From assembly GCA_043228905.1 (NCBI GenBank), contig JBHGNT010000006.1:14074001-14138000 (forward strand): DNA of 64,000 nucleotides, read 5' to 3'. Position 1 is the first letter of the stretch; each line of letters starts with the position of its first letter. The notes below the pieces were generated by a model. The model was not told where the DNA came from and made no database searches. It worked only from the letters and a program-made list of their open reading frames with translations. This DNA is from Azolla caroliniana. Taxonomy: Eukaryota > Plantae > Polypodiophyta. The position numbers and the translations under genes are program-made. Positions 63,201-64,000 of this stretch are shown piece after piece.

Positions 63201-64000
63201 TCGGGGTCAGAAGTCGGAGCTGGTAAGGCATACCATGATGCCATCTCATCAAACTCAACATCGCGGCTAACTCGAACCTGCTTCGTTTGGGGGTTATAAC
63301 ACTTATACCCCTTTTGCTCATGTGAGTAGCCGACGAGGATGCAGTTCTCCGATTTTGCATCCAGCTTCCTCTGCTTCTCATCCGGCACATGCACATATGC
63401 TATGTAGCCGAAAATCCGAAGGTGTCTCAAATTCGGCTTGTGCCCGAAATACAACTCATGCGCGGACACTTTTTCACCGATTCGGTTTTGGATGTAGATG
63501 GCCGTCCGGACCGCCTCAGCCTAGTAGAAGTGGGGCATGCTCTTCTCTTCCAGCATTGCCCTTGCCGTGTCGACAAGTGACCAGTTCTTCCTTTCGGCCA
63601 CACCGTTTTGCTCCAGTGTGTATCTGCAGCTGAACTCTCTCCAAATTCCTGTTTGTTGCAGATAACTATTGAATTGGCCGGAAAAATATTCTTTTCCGCC
63701 ATCTGACCGCAGGCACTTGATCTTCCTCTCTGATTCCCATTCCACCATGCTTTGGAGGTTCCGGAAACAGTCGAAGACTTTGCTCTTCCGCTCAATGAGG
63801 TAGATCCATGTGTGCCGGCTATAGTCGTCGATGAAGGAGACGAAGTATCGACTGCGGCCAAGACTCACATTCTGTGCCGGTCCCCATACATCTGAATGAA
63901 TAAGGTCGAGCTTGTTACGGCTACGGTTTCATTCGGTGGGGAATGGAAGCCGGTGTTGCTTCCCAAGTTGGCAGGCTTCACATACTTGGGCCTTCCGGCC
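60219..64000 (-). mobile_element. Ty1/Copia element J (G/C family), 3' portion; continues beyond the window
   Basis: 3' LTR 60219-60586, PPT 60587-60598, RNase H plus extension ORF 60500-61669, RT 61700-62806, integrase 62819-64000. Confidence 0.92.

Overview
Land-plant nuclear DNA, most consistent with a fern or other non-seed plant (inference from TE lineages and microsatellite style). Most of the window is nested LTR retrotransposons. I delimit about 12 elements, labelled A-L: Copia C contains Gypsy B, which contains Copia A. Copia D contains Copia E, which contains Gypsy F (itself containing Copia G) and chromovirus H. Copia L contains chromovirus I and a solo-LTR-like insert. Copia K and J lie at the right end. 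A low-copy island at ~42.1-49.6 kb holds a LINE fragment, a single-exon RLP29/PII-2-like LRR receptor-like gene (45433-46914) and a decayed 5S rRNA copy. The most interesting signals are in the two diverged Tcn1-like chromoviruses H and I, which share a cis-element set: an outward-facing tRNA-like (A-box/B-box) module at the U3 end of every LTR, heat-shock-element clusters next to the TATA box, a Tf1-type self-priming PBS with compensatory base changes, and a conserved -1 frameshift hairpin/pseudoknot at the gag-pol junction. Other notable items: an 8 x 245-bp array at one end of a Gypsy LTR, a 592-bp flanking duplication around Gypsy F, a chimeric Copia with internal duplications, and a conserved post-RNase H Pol extension between two polypurine tracts in a Copia family. 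All comparisons were made by eye; no database searches were run.
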